Shown here piece by piece: positions 20,283-30,622 of a stretch of 64,000 bases of DNA; the stretch's first letter is position 1; each line of letters begins with the position of its first letter. The stretch comes from Thermoplasmata archaeon (lineage in GTDB: Archaea; Thermoplasmatota; Thermoplasmata; Lutacidiplasmatales; UBA184). Below the pieces are notes generated by a model. It was not told the DNA's origin, did not search any database, and saw only the letters and a program-made list of their open reading frames with translations. The position numbers were made by a program, and so were the translations under genes. The DNA lies in the NCBI GenBank assembly GCA_021826685.1, contig JAKAYT010000004.1, forward strand, positions 9,462 through 73,461, given 5' to 3'.

Positions 20283-20621
20283 ATGAATAACCCAACGCCC
20301 AAAGGGCCGGTCAGCCGAACGGTCGAGAGCGCCTTCACGAAGGTCTGGGGCGACGAGCATGTGGTGGCCCTGATCGCGCTGAAGGTCGAGACGAGCGAGG
20401 CCGACACTGTGGCCAGCGAGGTCGCGAAGTTCACGGAGGTCGACGATGTTTTCCTCGTGACCGGGGACACCGACATCTTCCTCAAGGTCCGATTCCCCCG
20501 CTACGACGAGCTCAAGGAGTTCGTCCTGCACCGGCTCCCGGCCGTCCGCGGGATCCGCGAGACGCGGACGCTGCTGGTCGTTACGGCCTACAAGGAGAGT
20601 GGGGAGGTGAGCCGCCCATGA
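20283..20621 (+). CDS. stand-alone Lrp/AsnC ligand-binding (RAM) domain protein, no HTH
   Basis: ALIALKVE...VDDVFLVTGDTDIFLKVRFPRYDELKEFV...IRETRTLLV matches the AsnC_trans_reg fold. GGAGG lies 8 nt upstream of the ATG. Only the last 112 codons of track ORF 19275..20621 are credible. Confidence 0.8.
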   Translation: MNNPTPKGPVSRTVESAFTKVWGDEHVVALIALKVETSEADTVASEVAKFTEVDDVFLVTGDTDIFLKVRFPRYDELKEFVLHRLPAVRGIRETRTLLVVTAYKESGEVSRP

Positions 20622-20920
20622 GCGGACCGGCAAGCCCGCCGCCTTCGCTGGAGACGCTGCCCGCCGACGGCCGATCGGAGGAACTGGCCCGGATCGGCTC
20701 GTCGCTCGGTCAGCTCGCCGAGGATCTCTCGGTTCCCCGCAACGTCCGGCGCGGGGCCCAAGCCGCTCGCGAAGAGCTCGCCCGTCCTCGCGCGGCGCTA
20801 GACGTACGGATCGCATCCGCGGTGAGCGTCCTCGACGACCTCGCGAGCGATCCGAACCTTCCGACCCACGGGCGGACGGCGATCTGGTCCCTCATGTCCC
20901 AATTGGAGAGCATCCGGTGA
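20618..20920 (+). CDS. UPF0147-family small helical protein
   Basis: VPRNVRRGAQAAREEL...LDDLASDPNLPTHGRTAIWSLMSQLE matches the conserved UPF0147 pattern. Start overlaps the upstream stop (ATGA). Confidence 0.8.
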   Translation: MSGPASPPPSLETLPADGRSEELARIGSSLGQLAEDLSVPRNVRRGAQAAREELARPRAALDVRIASAVSVLDDLASDPNLPTHGRTAIWSLMSQLESIR

Positions 20921-21000
20921 ATCGCGTTGGGAATACCCTGAAATACGTTGACCCGGTCTCTCGCGCCGAGGGCAGGATCGGGCCCGTAGCTCAGCCCGGT

Positions 21001-21031
21001 AGGCCGCAGGCAGGCGCCTTCGGCCCGGGAC
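21001..21031 (+). other. tRNA intron 1 (31 nt) in the D-loop, about position 20/21, relaxed BHB
   Basis: Central helix CCCG(20995-98)/CGGG(21026-29), bulges GTA and ACA, inner helix GGCCG/CGGCC. The D stem acts as outer helix, offset by two unpaired nt. The exact cut is ambiguous within 1-2 nt. Confidence 0.7.
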
Positions 21032-21070
21032 AGAGCAGCTGGCTTTTAACCAGTTGGCCGGGGGTTCGAA

Positions 21071-21108
21071 CGCGGGTGCCGCTCGACGTGTCTCGGACCC
21101 GCCGAAAT
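21071..21108 (+). other. tRNA intron 2 (38 nt) in the T-loop, position 59/60, canonical BHB
   Basis: Outer helix is the T stem GGGGG/CCCCC. Central 4-bp helix TTCG/CGAA, 3-nt bulges AAC and ATT, inner helix GCGGG/CCCGC. Cutting after the second bulge nt restores TTCGAAT. Confidence 0.8.
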
Positions 21109-21152
21109 TCCCCCCGGGCCCGCTCCCCCCTCCGCATCCCCTCTGAGGTTCC

Positions 21153-21494
21153 ATGAGTCCTACTCGAGCCCGCGCGTCCTCGCGCTCCAGGAAGTCCGCC
21201 GCCAAGACCGCAACCCCGCCACGCCCGTTCGTGGCCCATCGTCTCGTCCCGCCGCACGAGCTGCTCAGCGAAGAGGAATCGAAGCGCGTGCTCGCGGAGC
21301 TCCGCACGGTGCCCGAACGGCTACCGAAGATCCTGCTACAGGATCCGGGCCTCAACACCGATCCCGAGTTCGTGAAGGCGAAGGAGGCGGGGATGCCGCT
21401 CGGAGGGCGCCTCGTGCGGATCCGTCGCCCCAGCGATACGGCCGGCCTCTCGATCGCCTATCGGGTGATTGTCGCAGGTACCGGGGGTCCGTAG
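21153..21494 (+). CDS. rpoH: DNA-directed RNA polymerase subunit H (Rpo5) with a basic N-terminal extension
   Basis: [22 protein letters not shown]...LPKILLQDP...[17 protein letters not shown] matches the Rpb5 C-terminal domain. Lies immediately upstream of rpoB. Confidence 0.85.
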   Translation: MSPTRARASSRSRKSAAKTATPPRPFVAHRLVPPHELLSEEESKRVLAELRTVPERLPKILLQDPGLNTDPEFVKAKEAGMPLGGRLVRIRRPSDTAGLSIAYRVIVAGTGGP

Positions 21495-21496
21495 CC

Positions 21497-24400
21497 ATGC
21501 GCGAGATCGTCGACGCCTTCTTCCGGGAGCGGTCGATCGTCAACCACCACCTCGCGAGCTTCAACGATTTCCTGCCGACGAACGACAACCCCAATTCGCG
21601 CATGCAGCGGATCGTCGACGAGTCGCGCGTGAGCGAGGACTCCACGGAGCGCGGGATCGTTCGCCTGGACGTGCAGAAGACGAAGAGTTCCATCTACGTG
21701 CGCGTCGGTCGGCGTCGTGACCCGCGCACCGGCCAAGTGAGCCCCTCGGCGGAACCGACGATCTTCGTGGGCCAGCCGTTCGTCAAAGAGCCGGTGGGCT
21801 CGAAGCCGACGCTCACCCCCATGGAAGCGCGACTGCGGAACCTCACCTACCAAGCGCCGATCTTCCTCAATGTGACGGTCGTCGAGAACGGCGTGGAGCG
21901 CGCGCCCGAGAACGTGCACATCGGCGATCTCCCGATCATGGTCAAGAGCCGGCCCTGCAACCTAAACCGAGTGAACATCGAGCGCGACTCCGGTTTCCCC
22001 ATCTCCGACGAGGAGTACCGCGCGAAGCTCGTCGAGTACGGCGAGGACCCGCTCGATCCCGGAGGCTACTTCATCATCGGCGGCACCGAGCGCGTGATCA
22101 TCAGCCTCGAGGACCTAGCGCCGAACCGGATCTTCGCGGAGTACAGCGAGCGGTACGGGACGCCGGTCGAGAGCGCGAAGGTCTTCAGCCAGCGCGGTGG
22201 CTACCGGTCCCTCACCGTCGTCGAGAAGAAGAAGGAGGGGATTCTCCAAGTCAGCGTCCCGACGGCGAGCGGCCAGATCCCGCTGGTCGTCCTGATGAAG
22301 GCCCTCGGGATGAAGAACGACGAGGAGATCTTCCAGGCGGTTCTGGGAGAGCTGCTCCCGTTGGACGAGCCATTCGTCCAGACGATGAAGCATCTCCTCA
22401 ACGTCAACCTCGAGGAGTCCCTCTCCAAGAAGACCTACCCTCCCGAGGGGATCCTGACGACCGAGGACGCGCTCCTCTTCCTAGAGAAGAAGTTTGCCAC
22501 GGGCCAAGCGAAGGAGTACCGTCAGCGCAAGGTCGATGGCATCCTCGACCGGTCGCTCCTCCCCCATCTCGGGGACACGAGGGCCGACCGCCTGAAGAAG
22601 GCCCTCTACCTCGCGCGCATGGCGCGTACGGTGCTCGAGCTCCACCTCAAGGAGCGCGGCGAGGACGACAAGGATCACTACGCGAACAAGCGCCTCAAGC
22701 TCGCGGGGGATCTTATGGAGGACCTGTTCCGGGTCGCCTTCAGCCTGCTGCTCAAGGATCTCAAGTACCAACTCGAGCGCTCGTTCGCCCGCAAGAAGGA
22801 CCTGAGGATCGCGAGCGCGATCCGGCCGGACCTCCTGACGCAGCGGCTCGTTCACGCGCTCGCCACCGGGAACTGGGTCGGCGGTCGCGCCGGCGTCAGC
22901 CAGGTGCTGGACCGGACGAGCCACATGTCGACGATCAGCCACCTGCGCCGGGTCACAAGCCCGCTCACCCGCACGCAGCCTCACTTCGAGGCGCGCGACC
23001 TGCATCCGACCCAGTTCGGACGCCTATGTCCGAACGAGACCCCCGAAGGGCAGAATTGCGGGCTCGTCAAGAACTACGCGCTCTGCGTCGACGTCAGTGA
23101 AGGCGCCGACGAGGACGAGGTCGCCCTCATCCTACGCGACCTCAACACGCGCGAGATCGGACCCGAGGTATTCCAAGAGGGAAACGCCCCGAAGGGCAAG
23201 CGCGCGGCGCGTATCTACGTCAACGGGAACCTCGTCGGCCTGCATTCGAGCCCCGTGGAACTCGTCCGCGAGATCCGCGAGCGGCGCCGAGCGGGCACGC
23301 TCAGCCCCGCGCTCGCCGACCGCACCGCGGAGGTCAACGTGCGCTACGACTCGGTGATGAACGAGGTCATCGTCAACTGCGACTCGGGCCGTCTCCGCCG
23401 CCCTCTCATCGTCGTCCAGGACGGAGTTCCACGCGTAACCCAGCCCGACCTCGACGACCTCCGCAACGGAGTGCGCAGCTACTCGGACCTTGTTCGCGGC
23501 GGGCAGGTCGAGTGGATCGATGCCGAAGAGGAAGAGGACGCGCTGGTCTCGATCGATTCCTTCGTCGCACCGGAGCGCTGCCCGAAGTGCAGCCACGCCC
23601 TGTCGCGCAGCGACGTCCGATGGACGGGCGTATCGCCCGGCGGCGGCAAAGCCACGGTGGAGTGTCGGCATTGCCACGCCGGCTTCTCGGTGGCGAGCCC
23701 GCTGGATTCCCGCTACACCCACCTCGAGATCGACCCGAACCTGATGCTCGGCGTCTGCACGGGGCTCATCCCGTACCCCGAGCACAACAGCGCTCCGCGC
23801 AACACGATGGGTTCGGCCATGGCGAAGCAAGCCCTCGGTGTCGAGTCGGTGAACTACCGCCGCCGTCCCGATACCCGCGGCCATCTTCTGCACTACCCCC
23901 AGGCGCCGCTCTTGCGCACGCAGACGATGCGCTACGTGCATTTCACCGAGCGGCCGGCGGGCCAGAACTTCGTCGTGGCGGTGTTGAGCTACGAGGGCTA
24001 CAACATGCAGGACGCTCTCGTCTTCAGCCGCGGCGCGATCGAGCGCGGCCTCGGCCGCTCGTCGTTCTTCCGGACGTACCGCGGAGAAGAGCGCAAGTAT
24101 CCCGGGGGCCAGGAGGATCGCTTCGAGATCCCCCGGCCCGACGTCGCGGGCGCTCGGGTCGACACCTCCTACCGTAACCTCGCCGAGGACGGTCTCATCT
24201 TCCCGGAACTCGAGGTCGGAGAGGGCGACGTGCTCATCGGTAAGACGAGCCCGCCCCGGTTCCTCGAGGAAAAGACCGACCTGCTCACCCCGCAAAAACG
24301 GCGCGAGACCAGCGTCACGGTTCGTTTCGGTGAGTCGGGTTGGGTCGACAACGTCGTTCTTACCGAAGGGGAGAACATCTCCAAGCTCGTCAAGGTCAAG

Positions 24401-25171
24401 GTTCGGAACCAGCGCGTACCGGAGCTCGGCGATAAGTTCGCGAGCCGGCACGGGCAGAAGGGAGTCATCGGTCTGATCACCCCGACCGAGAACCTGCCGT
24501 TCGCACGGAACGGCATGACCCCGGACCTTCTGATCAATCCGCACGCGATCCCGTCGCGCATGACGGTCGCCCACGTCCTCGAGATGCTGGGCGGCAAGGT
24601 CGGTGCGCTCGAGGGACGCACGATCGATGGAACGGCGTTCGGTGGCGAGCGCGAAGGCGCCCTGCGCGAGGCTCTTCAGGGCCTCGGCTTTCACCCGTCC
24701 GGCCGAGAGACGTTGTACGACGGTCTGACGGGCCGCCGGTTCGAGGCGGAGATCTTTGTCGGCGTGATCTACTACCAGAAGCTCCACCACATGGTTGCCG
24801 GTAAGATGCACATGCGCTCGCGGGGGCCGGTGCAGATCCTGACCCGACAGCCGACCGAGGGCCGCTCGCGCCAGGGCGGCCTACGGTTCGGTGAGATGGA
24901 GCGCGACTGCCTGATCGGCCACGGCGTCGCGATGGTCATCAAGGACCGCTTGCTCGACGAGTCCGACGGCACGGTGCAGTACGTCTGCGGGAACCCCGAG
25001 TGCGGGCACATCGCCATCCCCGACGCGCGGGCGGGATCGCTGCGCTGTCCCAGCTGCGGGAACACCTCGTCGATCTATCCGGTCGAAATGAGCTATTCGT
25101 TCAAGCTCCTCTTGGAGGAGCTGATCAGCCTCGGCGTGATCATGCGGCTCGAGCTCGAGGAGATGCGGTAG
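21497..25171 (+). CDS. rpoB: DNA-directed RNA polymerase subunit B (unsplit, 1224 aa)
   Basis: [48 protein letters not shown] and a C-terminal zinc ribbon CGNPECGH...CPSCG. Confidence 0.97.
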   Translation: MREIVDAFFRERSIVNHHLASFNDFLPTNDNPNSRMQRIVDESRVSEDSTERGIVRLDVQKTKSSIYVRVGRRRDPRTGQVSPSAEPTIFVGQPFVKEPVGSKPTLTPMEARLRNLTYQAPIFLNVTVVENGVERAPENVHIGDLPIMVKSRPCNLNRVNIERDSGFPISDEEYRAKLVEYGEDPLDPGGYFIIGGTERVIISLEDLAPNRIFAEYSERYGTPVESAKVFSQRGGYRSLTVVEKKKEGILQVSVPTASGQIPLVVLMKALGMKNDEEIFQAVLGELLPLDEPFVQTMKHLLNVNLEESLSKKTYPPEGILTTEDALLFLEKKFATGQAKEYRQRKVDGILDRSLLPHLGDTRADRLKKALYLARMARTVLELHLKERGEDDKDHYANKRLKLAGDLMEDLFRVAFSLLLKDLKYQLERSFARKKDLRIASAIRPDLLTQRLVHALATGNWVGGRAGVSQVLDRTSHMSTISHLRRVTSPLTRTQPHFEARDLHPTQFGRLCPNETPEGQNCGLVKNYALCVDVSEGADEDEVALILRDLNTREIGPEVFQEGNAPKGKRAARIYVNGNLVGLHSSPVELVREIRERRRAGTLSPALADRTAEVNVRYDSVMNEVIVNCDSGRLRRPLIVVQDGVPRVTQPDLDDLRNGVRSYSDLVRGGQVEWIDAEEEEDALVSIDSFVAPERCPKCSHALSRSDVRWTGVSPGGGKATVECRHCHAGFSVASPLDSRYTHLEIDPNLMLGVCTGLIPYPEHNSAPRNTMGSAMAKQALGVESVNYRRRPDTRGHLLHYPQAPLLRTQTMRYVHFTERPAGQNFVVAVLSYEGYNMQDALVFSRGAIERGLGRSSFFRTYRGEERKYPGGQEDRFEIPRPDVAGARVDTSYRNLAEDGLIFPELEVGEGDVLIGKTSPPRFLEEKTDLLTPQKRRETSVTVRFGESGWVDNVVLTEGENISKLVKVKVRNQRVPELGDKFASRHGQKGVIGLITPTENLPFARNGMTPDLLINPHAIPSRMTVAHVLEMLGGKVGALEGRTIDGTAFGGEREGALREALQGLGFHPSGRETLYDGLTGRRFEAEIFVGVIYYQKLHHMVAGKMHMRSRGPVQILTRQPTEGRSRQGGLRFGEMERDCLIGHGVAMVIKDRLLDESDGTVQYVCGNPECGHIAIPDARAGSLRCPSCGNTSSIYPVEMSYSFKLLLEELISLGVIMRLELEEMR

Positions 25172-25182
25172 GGGGGATCATC

Positions 25183-27969
25183 ATGGCGCAGGGACTTTCC
25201 AAACGGATCAAGAGCCTCCAGTTCGCCTTCCTGTCCCCGGACGAGATCCGGCGGATGAGCGCGATCAAGATCATCACGGCGGACACGTACGACGACGACG
25301 GCTTCCCCATCGAGATGGGGCTCATGGACCTCCACCTCGGGGTCATCGAGCCGAACCTGCGCTGCCGCACGTGCGGGGGCCGCGTCAACGAGTGCCCCGG
25401 GCACTTCGGGATCATCGAGCTCGCGATGCCGGTGATCCATGTCGGCTACGCGAAGGAGATCAAGCGCCTCCTCCAGTCGACGTGCCGCGCCTGCGGCCGA
25501 CGCCTTCCCGACGCGCCGTCGAGCCGCGGCGATAGCTCGGCCGAGCCCGAGGACGGCGCACCGCGCACGCGCGGGCCTAAGGAGGAGCGTTCCTGCCCGT
25601 TCTGCCACGAGATCCAGCAGCGGATCCTGCTCGACAAGCCCACGACGTTCCGGGAGAACGGCCACAAGATCACGCCGAAGGAGGTGCGGGCCCGTCTCGA
25701 GCGGATCCCCGACGCGGACGTGCGCGACCTGGGCTTGAACCCGAAGTTCGGACGCCCGGAGTGGATGGTGCTGACGGTGCTGCCGGTCCCCCCGGTCCAG
25801 GTCCGCCCGTCGATCACCTTGGAGAGCGGCGAACGCAGCGAGGACGACCTCACCCACAAGCTCGTCGACGTGCTCCGGATCAACCAGCGCCTGCGCGAGA
25901 ACCGCGACATGGGCGCTCCCCAACTCGTCGTCGAGGATCTGTGGGAGCTCCTTCAATACCACATCACGACGTACTTCGACAACCAGACGAGCGGCATCCC
26001 ACCGGCGCGGCACCGCTCCGGTCGGCCCCTGAAGACCCTCGCGCAGCGCCTCAAGGGGAAGGACGGCCGGTTCCGGTCGAACCTGTCGGGCAAGCGGGTG
26101 AACTTCTCCGCGCGCACGGTCATCAGCCCGGACCCGCTCCTCTCGATCAACGAGGTCGGCATTCCCATGGAGGTCGCCCGCGGCCTCACCGTCCCGCTCG
26201 AGATCACCGCCCACAATCTGGAGGCCGCGAAGGAGCTCGTACGGCGGGGGCCGAGCCCGCCACCGACCGAGGAGGGGCGCTACCGATGCGGGGTCAACTA
26301 CCTCGTGCGCGAGGACGGGCAGCGGATCAAGGTCATGGAGAAGAATGCCGACGCGTGCGCCGAGCTCGTGACGCCCGGCGGCATCGTCGAGCGCCAGCTC
26401 ATCGACGGCGACATCGTCCTGTTCAACCGCCAGCCGAGCCTGCACCGGATGAGCATGATGGCCCACTTCGTCCGCATCCTACCGAACAAGACCTTCCGCT
26501 TCAACCTGTGCGACTGCCCCCCGTACAACGCCGACTTCGATGGCGACGAGATGAACCTGCATGTCCTCCAGAGCCAGGAGGCGCGGGCGGAGGCGAAGGT
26601 CCTCATGAAGGTGGAGGAGCACATCCTCTCGCCCCGCTACGGCGGACCGATCATCGGCATGCTGCACGACCACATCACGGCCGCGTTCCTGCTCACCTAC
26701 CAGAACCCGACGTTCACGATGAGCGAGGTCGCCTACCTGCTCTCGAAGCTGAACTACCCGACGCCGCCGCCCGCCGGGACCGACAAGAACGGCCGCCCCT
26801 ATTGGACGGGCAAGCAGCTGTTCAGTCTCACGCTGCCCCGCGACCTCACGCTCGAATTCCGCTCGAACATCTGGTCGAAGGGCGACGACGCGTCCCCGGG
26901 GAGCAAGGCCGATTCTACGGTCATCATTGAGAATGGGATTCTCAAGGCCGGTACGATCGACAAGAAGGCGATCGCCTTCGAGAAAGGCGCGATCTTGGAC
27001 GACATCGCGCGCAACTACGGCATGGCGCGGGCGCGCCAGTTCTTGGACGAGATGAGCCGGCTCGCGATCACCGCCATCGGCCTGAAGGGACTGTCGACCG
27101 GCATCGACGACGAGGACGTGCCCGAAGGGGCGCAGAAGGAGATCGCGAAGGCCCTCGAGTCCGCGCGCGTGAAGGTCAACGAGTTGGTGGCGCAGTACAA
27201 GAACGGGGAGCTCGAGCAGATGCCCGGGCGATCCCTCGAAGAGACGCTCGAGGTCATGGTCCGGCGCGAGCTCGGCATGGCGCGCGATCAGGCCGGCGAG
27301 ATCGCCGGTCGCTACCTGGGCCTCGAGAACCCGGCCGTGATCCTGGCGAAGTCCGGCGCTCGCGGCTCGATGCTGAACCTCACGCAGATGGCCGGCGCCG
27401 TCGGCCAGCAGTCGGTCCGAGGCGAGCGCCTGCTGCGCGGATACTACGACCGGACCCTCCCGCACTTCGCCCGGGGCGACCTCGGCGCCGACTCGCGGGG
27501 ATTCGTGAGCTCGAACTACAAGCACGGACTCTCTCCGACGGAGTACTTCTTCCACTCGATGGGGGGTCGGGAATCCCTCGTCGACACGGCCGTCCGCACG
27601 AGCCGATCCGGATACATGCAGCGCCGACTGATCAACGCGCTCGAGGACCTCAAGGTCGTCGACGACGGTACGGTGCGCAACACGGCCGGTACGATCATCG
27701 AGTATCTGTATGGCGAGGACGGGATCGACCCCACGCGTTCCTACCAAGGGCACGCGGTCGCGGTCGACGAGATTCTCGCCCGAGTGCTCGGGCGCCTCGT
27801 CCGGCCCGGTGCCGCGGAAGGCGGTGGCGCCGGCGGTGCCGGTCCACCCCCCGTCGCCGAGGAAGAGATGGACCTTCAGGCCGAGGCCCTGGCCGAAGAA
27901 GAGACCGAGGAAGAGGAGACCGAGGACGTGGGCACCCCCGAAGAGGGCGGCGAGTTCGGAGGGGAGTAG
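25183..27969 (+). CDS. rpoA1: DNA-directed RNA polymerase subunit A' (Rpo1N)
   Basis: [23 protein letters not shown], zinc motifs CRTCGG..CPGHFG, catalytic [10 protein letters not shown]. The ATG at 25183 lies 12 nt after the rpoB stop. Confidence 0.97.
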   Translation: MAQGLSKRIKSLQFAFLSPDEIRRMSAIKIITADTYDDDGFPIEMGLMDLHLGVIEPNLRCRTCGGRVNECPGHFGIIELAMPVIHVGYAKEIKRLLQSTCRACGRRLPDAPSSRGDSSAEPEDGAPRTRGPKEERSCPFCHEIQQRILLDKPTTFRENGHKITPKEVRARLERIPDADVRDLGLNPKFGRPEWMVLTVLPVPPVQVRPSITLESGERSEDDLTHKLVDVLRINQRLRENRDMGAPQLVVEDLWELLQYHITTYFDNQTSGIPPARHRSGRPLKTLAQRLKGKDGRFRSNLSGKRVNFSARTVISPDPLLSINEVGIPMEVARGLTVPLEITAHNLEAAKELVRRGPSPPPTEEGRYRCGVNYLVREDGQRIKVMEKNADACAELVTPGGIVERQLIDGDIVLFNRQPSLHRMSMMAHFVRILPNKTFRFNLCDCPPYNADFDGDEMNLHVLQSQEARAEAKVLMKVEEHILSPRYGGPIIGMLHDHITAAFLLTYQNPTFTMSEVAYLLSKLNYPTPPPAGTDKNGRPYWTGKQLFSLTLPRDLTLEFRSNIWSKGDDASPGSKADSTVIIENGILKAGTIDKKAIAFEKGAILDDIARNYGMARARQFLDEMSRLAITAIGLKGLSTGIDDEDVPEGAQKEIAKALESARVKVNELVAQYKNGELEQMPGRSLEETLEVMVRRELGMARDQAGEIAGRYLGLENPAVILAKSGARGSMLNLTQMAGAVGQQSVRGERLLRGYYDRTLPHFARGDLGADSRGFVSSNYKHGLSPTEYFFHSMGGRESLVDTAVRTSRSGYMQRRLINALEDLKVVDDGTVRNTAGTIIEYLYGEDGIDPTRSYQGHAVAVDEILARVLGRLVRPGAAEGGGAGGAGPPPVAEEEMDLQAEALAEEETEEEETEDVGTPEEGGEFGGE

Positions 27970-27976
27970 GCGACCC

Positions 27977-29254
27977 ATGCCCGAAGAGAAAGGAGCCCGC
28001 GAGACCCTCGCCACGCGCATCGAAGAGATCGCAAAGGACGAAGGGATCCGGTTTCCTCCCTCGCTCGCTTCCGAGCTCCGGGAAAAGATCTCCCGCCTGC
28101 GTCTCACCCCGGCCGAAACGACCCGCGCCGTTCGCGCGGTCGCCCAGCGGTTCGCGAAGGCCGAGGTCGACGCCCACGAATCCGTCGGGATCATCGCGGC
28201 GCAGTCGATCGGCGAGCCCGGGACGCAGATGACGCTGCGCACGTTCCACTACGCCGGTGTGGCCGAGATGAACGTGACCCTGGGCCTGCCCCGGCTCATC
28301 GAGCTCGTCGACGCGCGTCGCGTGCCCTCCACTCCGATGATGACGGTCTACGTCGATCCGAAGCTCCGCAAGGATCGCGACGCGGTCCAGAAGATCGCGC
28401 TCCAGATCGAGGTCACGACGGTCCCGGACATCGCGACGATCGGCACGGTCGTGGAAGAGCTCAAGGTCGTGATCACTCCCCAGGCCGCGCTGCTGAAGGC
28501 GCGGGGAATCACGCGTGACCACCTGGAGCGCGCGCTCACCGAGGGCGTGGATACGCGCCTCTTCGAGCTTCGCCCCGGATCGGGGTCGGGCGAGAGCCGA
28601 TCGTTCGCGATCCACCTGAAGGAGCGCGCCGAGCCGACGACCCGATCGAAGAAGGACGAACCGGTCGAGGAGATGCCGTTCCGCAAGCTCCTGCTCGCCA
28701 GCGAGGAGGCGAAAGGGATCCAGATCCAGGGTGTCCCGGGCATCAAGCGCGCGCTGATCCGGCGCGAGAAGGACGAGTATGTCATCTACACCGAGGGATC
28801 GAACCTCGAGAAGGTACTCGAGGTCCCCGGCGTCGACGGCGCTCGCACGACCACCAACTCCGTCTTTGAGATCTACCGGGTCTACGGTGTCGAGGCGGCC
28901 CGCGTCGCGCTGGTCCGCGAGGCGAATCGAACGCTCGCCGAGCAGGGCCTCGGGGTCGATATCCGGCACCTGATGCTCGTCTCGGACGTCATGACGAACG
29001 AAGGGGACATCCGCGCGATCGGCCGGCACGGTATCTCGGGCAAGAAGACGAGCGTGCTCGCGAGGGCGGCCTTCGAGATCACCGCCGCGCACCTTCTCCA
29101 CGCGGCGATCACCGGCGAGACGGACGAGCTCAAAGGGGTCGCCGAGAACATCATCGTCGGCCAGCCGATCACCCTCGGCACCGGCGCGGTGAACCTCGTC
29201 TATCGCCCGGGCCACCCCGAGACCGTCGAGCGCAGCCGCGAGGAGGCCGCGTAG
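27977..29254 (+). CDS. rpoA2: DNA-directed RNA polymerase subunit A'' (Rpo1C)
   Basis: [25 protein letters not shown] trigger-loop region. The ATG at 27977 lies 8 nt after the rpoA1 stop. Confidence 0.97.
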   Translation: MPEEKGARETLATRIEEIAKDEGIRFPPSLASELREKISRLRLTPAETTRAVRAVAQRFAKAEVDAHESVGIIAAQSIGEPGTQMTLRTFHYAGVAEMNVTLGLPRLIELVDARRVPSTPMMTVYVDPKLRKDRDAVQKIALQIEVTTVPDIATIGTVVEELKVVITPQAALLKARGITRDHLERALTEGVDTRLFELRPGSGSGESRSFAIHLKERAEPTTRSKKDEPVEEMPFRKLLLASEEAKGIQIQGVPGIKRALIRREKDEYVIYTEGSNLEKVLEVPGVDGARTTTNSVFEIYRVYGVEAARVALVREANRTLAEQGLGVDIRHLMLVSDVMTNEGDIRAIGRHGISGKKTSVLARAAFEITAAHLLHAAITGETDELKGVAENIIVGQPITLGTGAVNLVYRPGHPETVERSREEAA

Positions 29255-29545
29255 ATGGATCTCGCGCACGCGCTCAAGGTCGCGCTCGACACGGGAACGG
29301 TGCGCATCGGTCTCACGCAGACCCTCGAGGCCGCGGACGCGAAGAAGGCGCGCCTCGTGATCGTGGCGTCGAGCTGCCCGGACCCGCGCCTTGCGAAGGA
29401 GCGGGCGATCGGCCGGATCCCGATCTACCACTACGACGGCACGGCCGTCGAGCTCGGCCAGGCCTGCGGTCGACCGCATCCGATCAGCGCGATGGCGGTC
29501 ATCGACCCCGGCTCCAGCGCGATCCTTTCCCTCGAGACGTCGTAG
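29255..29545 (+). CDS. rpl30e: 50S ribosomal protein L30e
   Basis: 96 aa. ALKVALDTGTVRIGLTQT...ARLVIVASSCP...YHYDGTAVELGQACGRP pattern. Canonical position after rpoA2. Confidence 0.9.
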   Translation: MDLAHALKVALDTGTVRIGLTQTLEAADAKKARLVIVASSCPDPRLAKERAIGRIPIYHYDGTAVELGQACGRPHPISAMAVIDPGSSAILSLETS

Positions 29546-29582
29546 GGCCGGATCACCCCGGGGCCGGGAGCGTCTACCGACC

Positions 29583-30008
29583 GTGCCCGAGATCAGTCTT
29601 GATACCGAGACCCTCGGCTACCTGCGCCTCTTCGAGGAAGCCACCGGCGCCCACGTGCGCGACTGTTTCTTCGCCGAGGACAAGCTCATCTTCCTGATCG
29701 ATCCGGAGGGGCTGGCAAAGGCGATCGGACCCAGCGGAGTACGGGTCGAGCGGCTCAAGGAGCTCCTGAAGAAGGAGATCATGGTCGTCGCCTACTCGGA
29801 TGATCCGGGGACGCTCGCCCTCAACATCTTCTACGCCTACCACCCCAAGGATGTCGACATCCGTTTGAAGGGCCGGGCCCGCCACGTGACGGTGACCGTG
29901 GACCCGGCGTGGAAGGCGCGCGCGATCGGGAAGCAGGCGCGCAACCTGAAGATCGCGCGCGCGATCCTCGTGCGCCACACCGACCTCGAGAGCGTGAGCG
30001 TCGCCTAG
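29583..30008 (+). CDS. nusA: archaeal NusA-like transcription factor (two KH domains)
   Basis: LRLFEEATGAHVRDC...GLAKAIGPSGVRVERLKELL...ARAIGKQARNLKIARAIL. GTG start at 29583. Canonical position after rpl30e. Confidence 0.85.
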   Translation: MPEISLDTETLGYLRLFEEATGAHVRDCFFAEDKLIFLIDPEGLAKAIGPSGVRVERLKELLKKEIMVVAYSDDPGTLALNIFYAYHPKDVDIRLKGRARHVTVTVDPAWKARAIGKQARNLKIARAILVRHTDLESVSVA

Positions 30009-30102
30009 AGCTTCGCGCGCGAAGGTGCGCCCCCGCTCGCGGGCGCGAGAAGGCCAGGAGGCCGGAGGGTGCGAATCCGCGGCTCCGTGCGCCGGTCCGA
30101 AG

Positions 30103-30426
30103 TCAGTCGACCACGCGGAGCTCAACGTCGAGGCGGTCCGCGAGCTCGCGGAGGACCCGGATCTCGCTCTCCGAAACGGGAACCCGCGCGGTCGCGGTTC
30201 GGTAGGCCCGCGCGACGGTCGGCGGGATCAGGTTGCCGAAGACCGCCGCCCATGCGGTCTCGAGCGTCCAAACTCGAGATCCCAGATAGACGGCGAGAAG
30301 GTTCACCTCGGAGACCGGCCGATGGGGCCGCGCCGGATCGGTCCATCCCTTCCTCCGGCTCAGGTAGCAGACCTTGTGCGGCGGCGTCGCCGGCGGGCCG
30401 GAGGGCACCGAGGGAGCGCTGGTCAT
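30103..30426 (-). CDS. hypothetical protein (about 107 aa), orphan, convergent with nusA
   Basis: The only frame in 30010-30620 with balanced composition and G/C-rich third positions (…VNLLAVYLGSRVWTLETAWAAVFGNLIPPTVARAY…SESEIRVLRELADRLDVELRVVD). ATG at 30426, alternative GTG at 30438. No family recognised. Confidence 0.5.
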   Translation of the reverse strand: MTSAPSVPSGPPATPPHKVCYLSRRKGWTDPARPHRPVSEVNLLAVYLGSRVWTLETAWAAVFGNLIPPTVARAYRTATARVPVSESEIRVLRELADRLDVELRVVD

Positions 30427-30622
30427 CGTTCGTTGCACACGCCCGAGAGCTTTTACCCGCTCCCCCCGGTCCGGTGCCGGTCGATCGCATTCCCGTCTCT
30501 CCCTCCCCTCACGCGCTCTCGGGGGTCAAAGACGGCGCGCTGGGGGAGCCGGATCCCGGACCCGACCGAACGCCGAGGTCCGGGTCGCGACGGCTATCTA
30601 TGCCTCGCGAGGTCCCGGAGCG

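Larger units (their letters stand above)
20980..21122 (+). tRNA. tRNA-Lys (anticodon UUU) interrupted by two non-canonical introns; no encoded CCA
   Basis: Exons 20980-21000, 21032-21070 and 21109-21122 join into a 74-nt cloverleaf. Acceptor GGGCCCG/CGGGCCC, D arm GCTC-AGCCCGGTA-GAGC, anticodon arm GCTGG-CTTTTAA-CCAGT, T arm GGGGG-TTCGAAT-CCCCC, discriminator G. Confidence 0.85.

Noticed and set aside
23132-29479. Antisense ORFs 23132..24811, 25093..26466, 26479..28242 and 27695..29479 opposite rpoB/rpoA1/rpoA2
   Set aside because: They lie opposite genes with unambiguous RNAP motifs, and their translations are Arg/Asp/Leu low-complexity.
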